From: Bacillota bacterium
Lineage (GTDB): Bacteria > Bacillota > DTU065
DNA length: 64,000 bases
NCBI GenBank assembly: GCA_028708605.1
Contig: JAQVYS010000001.1
Span: 10,928-74,927, forward strand
Direction: 5' to 3'
Position numbers and translations under genes: made by a program. The notes below the pieces were generated by a model. The model made no database searches and was not told the DNA's origin. It worked only from the letters and a program-made list of their open reading frames with translations. This document shows, one piece after another, positions 47,779 through 55,911 of the stretch; within the stretch, counting starts at the first letter, position 1, and each line of letters opens with the position of its first letter.

Positions 47779-48732
47779 TTACATTTCGTGTATTTTTTTG
47801 AGTAGTACTTTTTTAATTGTATCAGAAACAAAACTTGCTTCAAGTGAATTTATTAACAAATTTTTTCTCGTAGTAGCTTTGTCTAAAAGATCGTTAGCAA
47901 TTTCATATTCGCCCTGTAACGTGATCTGAGAGGTTTGAGGGTCATCGTCATTAACTGTAACCTTAAGACCCATATTGACCATTTGCTTTATAGGGTGTTC
48001 TTTAATACTTGCAACAGCCCCAGTGTGTATATTACTTGTGGGGCAAACTTCAAAGACTATACCTCTTTCTTTTGCAATCTCTACTACCTCTTTGTCTTCT
48101 ATTACCCTGATGCCATGACCTATACGGCTAGCGTTTAGTTCCAGTATCGCCTCTTTGACGTTTCCTGGTTCACCAGCTTCCCCCGCATGTGCAGTGATAC
48201 CAAGGCCGGCCTCTTTTGCTATTTCAAAAGATCTCTTATGTGGCAAAGCCTTGAAGTTTGCTTCGTCTCCAGCTATGTCAAAGCCAACAACACCTAGATC
48301 CTTATATTTACTGGCAAGCTTTGCAAGCCTAATTGATACTGCAGGATCTTCATGCCTGAGGGTAGAGATGATTGCCCGAGTAACAACTCCAAAGTTCCGT
48401 TCACCTTCGTTAAAGCCCTCTAATACAGCTTCTACAGTATCTTCTAGTTGCATATCCCCTGATGTATGCAAAGTAGGTCCGAAGCGTACTTCTAAATAAA
48501 GACAGTTGTTTTGACTTGCGCTTTCAACGATCTCATAGGCAACTCTTTTAAGATTTTGGCGTCTTTGCGTTAAAGGATAGCCACAGGCAATCTTGTCAAG
48601 GAACTCCTTTAGGGAGGTACAGTTTTTGTTTACAGTAAGATCCGCTTTGATATCGTTTCCCATTAACTCGCTAAAAGTTTCAGGTCTAACGCTTCCTTCT
48701 AAATGAGTGTGCAAACTAACTGTATAATCCAT
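47779..48732 (-). CDS. add: Adenosine deaminase.
   Basis: 317 aa. SLHTHLEGS (the HxHxxG zinc motif) and HAGE....GHG family motifs. RBS AAGGAG is upstream. Confidence 0.85.
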   Translation of the reverse strand: MDYTVSLHTHLEGSVRPETFSELMGNDIKADLTVNKNCTSLKEFLDKIACGYPLTQRRQNLKRVAYEIVESASQNNCLYLEVRFGPTLHTSGDMQLEDTVEAVLEGFNEGERNFGVVTRAIISTLRHEDPAVSIRLAKLASKYKDLGVVGFDIAGDEANFKALPHKRSFEIAKEAGLGITAHAGEAGEPGNVKEAILELNASRIGHGIRVIEDKEVVEIAKERGIVFEVCPTSNIHTGAVASIKEHPIKQMVNMGLKVTVNDDDPQTSQITLQGEYEIANDLLDKATTRKNLLINSLEASFVSDTIKKVLLKKIHEM

Positions 48733-48787
48733 AGTTTTTTCTCCTTAAATAAGTGATTGACATAGCGCTTATGTCATAATAAATATC

Positions 48788-49420
48788 TTACTTTGGGGTG
48801 CCTTCCTGCAAAACTGCTTTTTCGTCTAAAACACTAATCCGAAACTCACAGTATTGATCGCCGTTTGCACAACATTTTTCTTCCACCACTTCTACCTTTT
48901 TACCGAGCTTTGCCTCAAAAGCACCTGCTGCTGTACCTGATTCGTAGACACAGATCTTTAGGCCAATGTTTGGAAGACCATAACAATCTGCGCATTCGTA
49001 GGTCCGGTAGATGGCCTCATTGTCTGTAACTTTTACAATCTCCTGCCGGCCATACTTGTGCTCTGGGGCTATACGAACATTGCTTTCAAGCAGTTCTTTT
49101 AAATTTGTGCCAGTAAGACTTGGGGCTATATATGCTGCACCAATTACCTTACCAATTTGATAACTAAGAGGTAGAAGCTCTGGAAAAAGCATAAAGGTAA
49201 AGGTTTGTCTATCTCTCATATAGAGAATCTGCATTTCGTTGCCGAATGTAGGACGGATCTGCCGGCCTTCAGCTAAAGCCTTATAGTGATCGTTTATGGC
49301 TGCAAAAAGTTCTTTTGCTTTAGAGGCTTCTTCCACAAGATCACGATACGCCCCAGAGGTCAAGCCTGCTGATGCCTTGATTAATGTGTGGAGTCTTGTG
49401 TAATCAGACATAAGTATCAC
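48788..49420 (-). CDS. V4R-domain protein (predicted small-molecule-binding), embedded in the nucleoside uptake operon.
   Basis: 210 aa. The C-terminal CVYESGTAAGAFEAKLGKK...CCANGDQYCEFRI carries the V4R conserved Cys pattern. Its start overlaps the upstream permease gene by 17 nt. Confidence 0.6.
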   Translation of the reverse strand: MILMSDYTRLHTLIKASAGLTSGAYRDLVEEASKAKELFAAINDHYKALAEGRQIRPTFGNEMQILYMRDRQTFTFMLFPELLPLSYQIGKVIGAAYIAPSLTGTNLKELLESNVRIAPEHKYGRQEIVKVTDNEAIYRTYECADCYGLPNIGLKICVYESGTAAGAFEAKLGKKVEVVEEKCCANGDQYCEFRISVLDEKAVLQEGTPK

Positions 49421-50357
49421 TCCGATCGAAATGTTTGCCTACAGCCTTAGGTGGTGACACTTTACGGACAAAACCACCTAATACTAAAATTGTCACAATA
49501 TACGGTAACATTTGTACAAACTGTGTTGGCCAGCCGTAAAGTTGCAAATTCATCTCTATAGCACTCGTAAGTCCGAACAAAAGTGACGCCAGCACAACCC
49601 CTACAGGATTCCAGTTACCTAAAATAGTGGCTGCAACTGCTATATAGCCTCTGCCACTTACCATATTTCGCGAAAACATACTCAGCTCCCCAAGCGAAAG
49701 ACATGCTCCACCTAGACCTGCAAACATCCCACCTAAAACTACTGCTAAGTACTTGTAAACAAAAACCTGTATGCCTAGACTATCTACGGCTGCAGGATTT
49801 TCGCCAATTGCTCTTAGCCTTAGACCCCATTTTGTTCTGTAAAAAACAAACCAACTAATAATCATAATTGCAATCATCATATAGAAGAAGGGAGATTGTC
49901 TAAAGAAAATTTCACCGATTACAGGTATATCACTAAGACCTGGTATATAAACAGGGTATATTCCAGCTACGTCAGGAGACTTACCTCTGTTTCCCCAAAT
50001 GGCAACAAGCAAAACTGCAGTAATGCCTTGTCCCAGAAGGTTTAAAGCTACACCTGAAACCACATGATTAGCTTTAAACTTGAGGGTAAAGATAGCTAGA
50101 ATTAGAGCCATTACTCCGCCTGCAATAAGCGAGAAAACTACTCCCGTCCAGGGGTTACCGGTAAGAAATGACCCTAAAACGCCAAAGAAGGCTCCAACTA
50201 ACATCAGTCCTTCTAAACCTAAATTAACAACTCCAGCCCTTTCACTATAAACTGCTCCAAAGGCAGCAAGCCCGAGAGGAGTCGCCATTCGTAACATACT
50301 TGATATAAGCCCGATGATTATATATGCCGCGTCACTTGTCAGCCACTGTTCTAGCAT
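49404..50357 (-). CDS. Nucleoside ABC transporter permease (NupC / BMP-system permease 2).
   Basis: 317 aa. Polytopic, with the ABC-2/branched-chain-type permease pattern. Its start overlaps the upstream permease gene. Confidence 0.8.
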   Translation of the reverse strand: MLEQWLTSDAAYIIIGLISSMLRMATPLGLAAFGAVYSERAGVVNLGLEGLMLVGAFFGVLGSFLTGNPWTGVVFSLIAGGVMALILAIFTLKFKANHVVSGVALNLLGQGITAVLLVAIWGNRGKSPDVAGIYPVYIPGLSDIPVIGEIFFRQSPFFYMMIAIMIISWFVFYRTKWGLRLRAIGENPAAVDSLGIQVFVYKYLAVVLGGMFAGLGGACLSLGELSMFSRNMVSGRGYIAVAATILGNWNPVGVVLASLLFGLTSAIEMNLQLYGWPTQFVQMLPYIVTILVLGGFVRKVSPPKAVGKHFDRSDTYV

Positions 50358-51381
50358 GCTTTACCCCTCCCTTCTTCCAATTTATTTTTAAGGTTTTAAG
50401 TAACTCAGGAGCTGAAACAAACAGAATAATTGCTGCTTGGATGATAATTACAAAGTCAACAGGTACGTTTGTTGTTCGATCTAAGATCATGCCACCTGCT
50501 CTCATTAAGCCAAATAAAAGTGCTGAAAACAAAACACCAAGCGGGCTATTGCCTCCTAAAATAGCTACAGCAACTCCGTCAAAACCATACCCTGGAGAAA
50601 ATCCGTCAATATAACGACCATGTAATCCTAAAATCTGACCTGCTCCGCCAAGACCAGCTAAAGCCCCTGAAAGTAAGAGTGTTAAGCCAATCATCTGAGG
50701 AACATTAATACCAGCAGCAGCAGCTGCTCTAGGATTAGATCCTACTACTTTAAGATCGTATCCAAGTTTGGTGTGGTAAAGTAAAAACCAAACCACCAAA
50801 ACAAAAAATAACCCTACAAATAGCGCACTTGAAAACTGTGCCCCTTGGCCTAGTCTAGAAAGTGCTGCACTCGAATGAATCGTTGGTGTTTGAGGCACAG
50901 GGCCAGGTGCTTTAAAGGTGTAGTTTGCAAGATAAGCACAGAGTAAAGTACCGATACTATTTAGCATAATTGTAATGATAACTTCGTTGGCATCAGCTTT
51001 AATCTTTAGCCACGCTGCAATTAAAGCCCAAAGACCACCAAAGAGTGCGCCACCACAAAGAGCAATAATCACATGTAGAAGATGGGGAAGTGGTGGCAAG
51101 TAAGCGGCCAAAACAGCCGCTGCCATTGCTCCTAAATAGAGCTGGCCTTCAGCGCCAATATTAAAGACCCCACAATTATTAGCAAGCGCTACAGCAAGAC
51201 CTGTAAAGATTAGGGGCGTCGCTTGCACTAAAGTCTGTGCAATCCCATCCCAGCTACTTACAGCTCCCCATATCATTGCCTTATATGCTGCAAGAGGTGA
51301 GTATCCACTAAAATACAAGACAAGACCTGCTGCAAATAAGGCTAAGACTAACCTACAAGCTAGATTAAGAACCCTCCTCAT
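50332..51381 (-). CDS. Nucleoside ABC transporter permease (NupB / BMP-system permease 1).
   Basis: 349 aa polytopic permease. Its start overlaps the ATPase stop. Confidence 0.8.
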   Translation of the reverse strand: MRRVLNLACRLVLALFAAGLVLYFSGYSPLAAYKAMIWGAVSSWDGIAQTLVQATPLIFTGLAVALANNCGVFNIGAEGQLYLGAMAAAVLAAYLPPLPHLLHVIIALCGGALFGGLWALIAAWLKIKADANEVIITIMLNSIGTLLCAYLANYTFKAPGPVPQTPTIHSSAALSRLGQGAQFSSALFVGLFFVLVVWFLLYHTKLGYDLKVVGSNPRAAAAAGINVPQMIGLTLLLSGALAGLGGAGQILGLHGRYIDGFSPGYGFDGVAVAILGGNSPLGVLFSALLFGLMRAGGMILDRTTNVPVDFVIIIQAAIILFVSAPELLKTLKINWKKGGVKHARTVADK

Positions 51382-52892
51382 AGTCCAACCACCTTGCTTT
51401 CATCCTTGTTAAAGGCGCCTGCCATATACATACCCAGCTCTTTTTCTGTGGTGGAAAGAGCTTGCGTTTCATAGACTAGAGAGCCTTCGTAAAGGACAAC
51501 TATCCGGTCACTAAGTTGCCTAATCTCGTCTAAATCAGCAGAGACCAATAAGATAGCCTTGCCTCTCTTTGCCATGTTCAAAATCTCTTTATGAAGATAC
51601 TCAATCGCTCCAACATCAACACCACGAGTCGGATGGGCGATAACTAATACATCCGAATCATGGTAAAATACTCTTCCAAGCAGAAGCTTTTGAGCATTTC
51701 CGCCAGACAGAGATGCTGTTTTTGCTGCAATTCCTTCGGTCTTTACTTGATAAGTATCAAGGATCTCTTTGCTGACTGCATTGATTTTTTTAAAATCTAA
51801 AACACCTCTGTTTTGATAGTTGCTTTGATAGCCTAATATCGCATTTTGCCAGTTACAAAAACTTGGAACTATTCCTCTATCATTGCGATCTTCAGGAATA
51901 AAACCTATTCCTTCTCTAATCCTTTGTTTTACAGAGTGCTTAGTGATATCTTCACCTTTTAAATATATAGAGCCCATATCCGGCGTAACAAGTCCTGTTA
52001 GAGCTTCTAAAAGCTCAGTCTGACCATTACCTTCTACACCAGCAACACCTAATATCTCACCCTTTTTCAAAGTAAAGTTAATGTTTTTAAGAGCATCTTG
52101 TAGGCAGAGATCCTTAGCCTCTAATACCACCGGACCTTTAACAGTAGGCTCTTTTACAGCTTGGAGGATTACGCTTCTTCCTACCATCATCTGCGCAAGA
52201 ATCTCAGGAGTTGCTTTTTTGGTACTGATTGTACCCATATTTTTGCCATTTCGAAGCACTGTAACATTGTCTGCAATTGCTAATGTTTCTTTTAGCTTAT
52301 GGGTGATGATAATAATGGTTTTACCTTCATTTTTCAACGCCTTTAGCATTTCAAAAAGCTCTGCAACTTCAGGAGGAGTAAGAACCGCGGTTGGTTCATC
52401 TAAAATGATGGTCTCTGCCCCACGGTAGAGCGCCTTTATGATTTCAACACGCTGCTTCTCTCCGACAGGTATATCCTCTACTAACATATCTGGGCGCACC
52501 TTTAGCCCTAACTTATGACTTAACTCCATCACTTTTTCCCTAGACTTTTTATAAGAAAGAATGCCCCACTTAGTTTCTTCCTTGCCAAGAATAATGTTTT
52601 CCATAACACTGAGGTTATCAACGAGCATAAAATGTTGAAAAACCATACTTATTCCTGCATTAATAGCTTCTTTGGGAGAGTTAATCTGGCAGAGAGTACC
52701 GTTTAAGCAGATCTCACCTTCATCCTTTGGATGAATGCCATAAAGAATCTTCATTAAGGTAGTTTTACCTGCACCGTTTTCGCCCAGAAGCGAGTGGATT
52801 TCACCCTTATTTACAATCAACTCAGCATTATCTAGAGCTGTTAGTGAGCCGAATCTCTTGACAATATTACTCATTCTTAGAGCTTCAGACAT
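51378..52892 (-). CDS. Nucleoside ABC transporter ATP-binding protein with tandem duplicated ATPase domains (NupA-like).
   Basis: 504 aa. Two Walker A motifs (GENGAGKTT and GVEGNGQTE) and two ABC signatures. Confidence 0.85.
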   Translation of the reverse strand: MSEALRMSNIVKRFGSLTALDNAELIVNKGEIHSLLGENGAGKTTLMKILYGIHPKDEGEICLNGTLCQINSPKEAINAGISMVFQHFMLVDNLSVMENIILGKEETKWGILSYKKSREKVMELSHKLGLKVRPDMLVEDIPVGEKQRVEIIKALYRGAETIILDEPTAVLTPPEVAELFEMLKALKNEGKTIIIITHKLKETLAIADNVTVLRNGKNMGTISTKKATPEILAQMMVGRSVILQAVKEPTVKGPVVLEAKDLCLQDALKNINFTLKKGEILGVAGVEGNGQTELLEALTGLVTPDMGSIYLKGEDITKHSVKQRIREGIGFIPEDRNDRGIVPSFCNWQNAILGYQSNYQNRGVLDFKKINAVSKEILDTYQVKTEGIAAKTASLSGGNAQKLLLGRVFYHDSDVLVIAHPTRGVDVGAIEYLHKEILNMAKRGKAILLVSADLDEIRQLSDRIVVLYEGSLVYETQALSTTEKELGMYMAGAFNKDESKVVGL

Positions 52893-52959
52893 TTTTCCAG
52901 CCTCCTAATCCAAGAAGAATCGCTGGCAAAAAACCAGCGATTCTTTAGCCCCTAGTCTA

Positions 52960-53991
52960 TTATTTAGCGTTTTTCAAAAACGCATCTACTTCTTCAAGAG
53001 TGCTTGGAACAACAATCTCACCTGAGATGATCTTTGCACGGATCTCCTCTATCTTTAGAATGTATTCTTCTGGAATCGTGAAGCTGTTTTCGGTTGTATC
53101 ATAACCCATAGCCTCTTCCTTTAGGCCATAACAGAAGTCTCCACCTTCCCAAGTTCCATTCATTGCTGAATTAATTTGGTCTACGACTACATTTCCAAGT
53201 CTTCTTACAGCTGAAAAGAGGATATTGTTAGGCTCGATATAATTTTGGTTTGAGTCAGCACCTATTGCATATTTGTTGACTTGTCTTGCAGCTTTAAACA
53301 CTCCTAGGCCTGATCCACCTGCAGCTTGGAAAACAATGTCTACGCCTCTTTGGTACATTAAAAGAGCTTGTTCCTTTGCTTTAGCAGGGTCAGACCAGCC
53401 ACCTACATACGCAACGCTCACATCAGTTTTGGGTTCTACATATTTAGCACCAGCTGTATATCCAGCAACAAAAGTCTTAATAAGAGGGATTTCCATACCA
53501 CCGACTATACCAATTCTGTTTTGTGCGTTCATTTGTCTGAAGTTTCTTGTGTCTGTTGTAAGCTGAGCTGCGAGTGCACCAACTAAGAAAGCCTTCTCAT
53601 AATCTTTAAAAACGATGGAAGCTACATTAGGAACACTAATAGCCGCATCAATTAAAACGAATTTTTGATTTGGATATTCTCCAGCAACTTTTTTAAGGGA
53701 CTCTGCTTGGTCAAAACCAAGGCAGACAATCAAGTCATAAATGCCACTTTGAGCAAATGCTCTTTCATGGCCTTCAAACTCTGCAATAGACGATGGCTCT
53801 ACATAGTCCAACGTGATGTCAAGCTCTTCTTTAGCTCTTGTCAAACCTTCAAAAACGGAGTCATTAAAGGAACGATCTCCAAGGCCACCTGTTGCGAAAA
53901 CAACACCTACATTAAACTCTGCTGCTGCAAACACACCAACTAGACTCAGTGTTAGAATAACGAGAAATAGCTTCCTAAATGTTTTTGTCAT
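52960..53991 (-). CDS. BMP-family (basic membrane protein / PnrA-like) nucleoside-binding lipoprotein, the substrate-binding component.
   Basis: 343 aa. Signal peptide followed by a PBP type-I fold with BMP family motifs (VDIVFQAAGGSG). Confidence 0.85.
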   Translation of the reverse strand: MTKTFRKLFLVILTLSLVGVFAAAEFNVGVVFATGGLGDRSFNDSVFEGLTRAKEELDITLDYVEPSSIAEFEGHERAFAQSGIYDLIVCLGFDQAESLKKVAGEYPNQKFVLIDAAISVPNVASIVFKDYEKAFLVGALAAQLTTDTRNFRQMNAQNRIGIVGGMEIPLIKTFVAGYTAGAKYVEPKTDVSVAYVGGWSDPAKAKEQALLMYQRGVDIVFQAAGGSGLGVFKAARQVNKYAIGADSNQNYIEPNNILFSAVRRLGNVVVDQINSAMNGTWEGGDFCYGLKEEAMGYDTTENSFTIPEEYILKIEEIRAKIISGEIVVPSTLEEVDAFLKNAK

Positions 53992-54003
53992 GTTGTGTTC
54001 CTC

Positions 54004-54861
54004 CTATTTAGCCAAATTTTTTTGAACTTTAGCATCGACGTCAGTCCGGTAATCTAGACACTTACACTCATTTGGACCACAATTTGCAAGAGTGCGTAGC
54101 ATTAAACGACCAATCTTAGGTGCTGAATCCTTGTAAAGATCAAAGATCTCGTTACCATGCCAATTGGTTATCATGCCTTCTGCATAATTAGAAATAAGAT
54201 AAATACTAGCAATGTGAGCGCCAATTAATCTGGCATAGTAAACCTCTGGTGAGAGTGTGATGCCAGCAATATCTGCATGAGCGTTGTGTAGCATTTTAAC
54301 CTCTGCTGCGCTCTCAAAACGCGGACCTTGACTTGTAGCGTATACGCCACGATTAAAAACTCTAGGAAATTCCTTTTGTGCTTCTTGGTACAGCGTATCT
54401 CTTAGAGTTGGGCAGAAAGGATCTAACATTCTTACAATTTTATTTGGAATCAGTGCAACCGTTGGCTCTTTTCTCATGTCAATATAATCTGAAGGAATAA
54501 TTAAATCACCTGGATCAAGCAGGGTGTTTATTCCACCGCCACTGCCTTCTACAACAATGTTTTTCACGCCAGCTTGCATAAAAACCCAAAAGATTTGTTC
54601 TGGTCCATTTGCTGGCGCATCAGCTGAATGCCAGCCATGAAATGCTGCAGAAAGAACTAGCCTGTCTTTGTGATCTGCTGTTATCTCTTTATCTAGTTTT
54701 AAAAGCTTTAGAGGAACAGTTTCACCGTAAGGGGTTTGAAAAACTAAATTGTCTTCTAATACCTCTACACCTTTTAGGCCAATGTCCAACGGGAAATCTC
54801 CAGCCCAGGTCCCTGAACCACCAATGTACGCGTATTTAACTGCGGGAATTGTTTGAGTCAC
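54004..54861 (-). CDS. Purine nucleoside phosphorylase of the MTAP/PNP (PNP_UDP_1) family.
   Basis: Motifs YIGGSG, GPRFESAAEVKM and DIAGITLSPEVYYA align to MTAP/PNP-I. The likely start is the GTG at 54861, 8 nt after GAGGAGG (VTQTIPA...). The ORF track extension to 55038 runs across the riboswitch terminator and is rejected. Confidence 0.75.
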   Translation of the reverse strand: MTQTIPAVKYAYIGGSGTWAGDFPLDIGLKGVEVLEDNLVFQTPYGETVPLKLLKLDKEITADHKDRLVLSAAFHGWHSADAPANGPEQIFWVFMQAGVKNIVVEGSGGGINTLLDPGDLIIPSDYIDMRKEPTVALIPNKIVRMLDPFCPTLRDTLYQEAQKEFPRVFNRGVYATSQGPRFESAAEVKMLHNAHADIAGITLSPEVYYARLIGAHIASIYLISNYAEGMITNWHGNEIFDLYKDSAPKIGRLMLRTLANCGPNECKCLDYRTDVDAKVQKNLAK

Positions 54862-54875
54862 AAAAATAACCTCCT

Positions 54876-54929
54876 CAATAAAATAAAGCCCGGGTGGCCA
54901 GGTTACGGCGAAACCTGACCATCCGGGCT
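54876..54929 (-). terminator. Intrinsic terminator forming the expression platform of the purine riboswitch. Its U-tract abuts the RBS of the PNP gene.
   Basis: Minus-strand RNA AGCCCGGAUGGUCAGGUUUCGCCGUAACCUGGCCACCCGGGCU, then UUUAUUUUAUU, then GAGGAGG. Confidence 0.6.
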
Positions 54930-55037
54930 TTTCTCCCCAAGGTGTAGCATAATTAATGCCTGTACCGCTTGGACCAAACCCTAAAGAAGCCATGCATAAA
55001 CAATGGCTTTTTAAGTGGAACCCTAGGTACACTTCCA

Positions 55038-55104
55038 TCCGTAGTCAGAGAGTTTACGGCTCCCCGGTAGAAACGCCCAGTCCATATTACTAGGCATATA
55101 CGAA
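55038..55104 (-). ncRNA. Purine riboswitch aptamer, guanine/hypoxanthine class (C at the discriminator position).
   Basis: Minus-strand RNA UUCGUA-UAUG-CCUAG-UAAUAUGGA-CUGGG-CGUUUCUACC-GGGGAG-CCGUAAA-CUCUCU-GAC-UACGGA. It has the conserved L2 (AUAUGG), J2/3 (GUUUCUACC), L3 (CCGUAAA) and J3/1 (GAC) elements, and paired P1, P2 and P3 stems. Confidence 0.8.
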
Positions 55105-55143
55105 AATATTCGTTTATTAATTCAATATCAATCTGACATCTTA

Positions 55144-55172
55144 ATCCTACCAAGGCAGTTAAACATTGTCAA
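55144..55172 (-). promoter_or_regulatory. Sigma-70-type promoter driving the riboswitch-controlled operon.
   Basis: Minus strand TTGACA, a 17-nt spacer, then TAGGAT. The predicted TSS is about 30 nt upstream of aptamer P1. Confidence 0.4.
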
Positions 55173-55401
55173 GATGGTAACTAATAACAATTTTTAACTA
55201 TATCCCCAAAATTAGTGTATTAACAAATATTGCTTGCTCGCTCTCATTTTATTTCAGTTTTTCTCATCGAGCTTAAACACCAAACTTGTTAATAGCGCTC
55301 CTTTATTCTACTATGAGCTGAGGTATCTCTAAATTTGCTTCATCTATTACAGAGCACCGTCCTGTAGTACTACCGTTCCTTTTTCTTAAATTAACAAAAG
55401 G

Positions 55402-55911
55402 CTAAACCAATCTATCTAACATCATAACAACATCGGCACTTAAAAGAGTATAATCGTTAATATTAAATCTGTTTCCATCAACATCAATAACAAGAAGTCT
55501 ACCTTTTCCTAGATTAATGATATTTTGTCTTGGATCTTTAACAACAAAACTCCTTGGTCCTCTGTCAGTTTCAGCATCAAAGTACCAAAGACCAAACTCT
55601 TCAGTAAGCTTATTCACGCCATGAATATTCGGCATATAGTATCGCTTGTAGAGATAGTCCTTGAGGATTTCTTTTGAATTGAGTTCTAACTCATTTATGG
55701 ACTTTATTAACCCAAGTTCTTTGTTTTTAGAGTCCTTGACCCAAATATACCGTTCTGGCATTTTTAGAGGAAAGCAACACCCTGCATCTGCTTTAATTAC
55801 ACAGTACTTATCTTTATAGGTAAAACGAAGTATCCCTGAAGTAGAATAACTAAAGATCACATCCTGAGGGTCTAAATATTGTAGATCACCGAATTCAGGC
55901 AAGTTGCTCAT
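55402..55911 (-). CDS. Hypothetical protein, probably DUF1854-like, translationally coupled to the upstream ABC exporter.
   Basis: 169 aa. Its start overlaps the 3' end of the ABC gene by 17 nt. No enzymatic motif was recognised. Confidence 0.4.
   Translation of the reverse strand: MSNLPEFGDLQYLDPQDVIFSYSTSGILRFTYKDKYCVIKADAGCCFPLKMPERYIWVKDSKNKELGLIKSINELELNSKEILKDYLYKRYYMPNIHGVNKLTEEFGLWYFDAETDRGPRSFVVKDPRQNIINLGKGRLLVIDVDGNRFNINDYTLLSADVVMMLDRLV

Noticed and set aside
54953-55153. 66-aa ORF on the minus strand, and the N-terminal extension of the 54004..55038 ORF, both overlapping the riboswitch region.
   Set aside because: They run through the purine aptamer and its intrinsic terminator, and a strong GAGGAGG-GTG start exists at 54861. 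They are read-through artefacts of the ORF finder.
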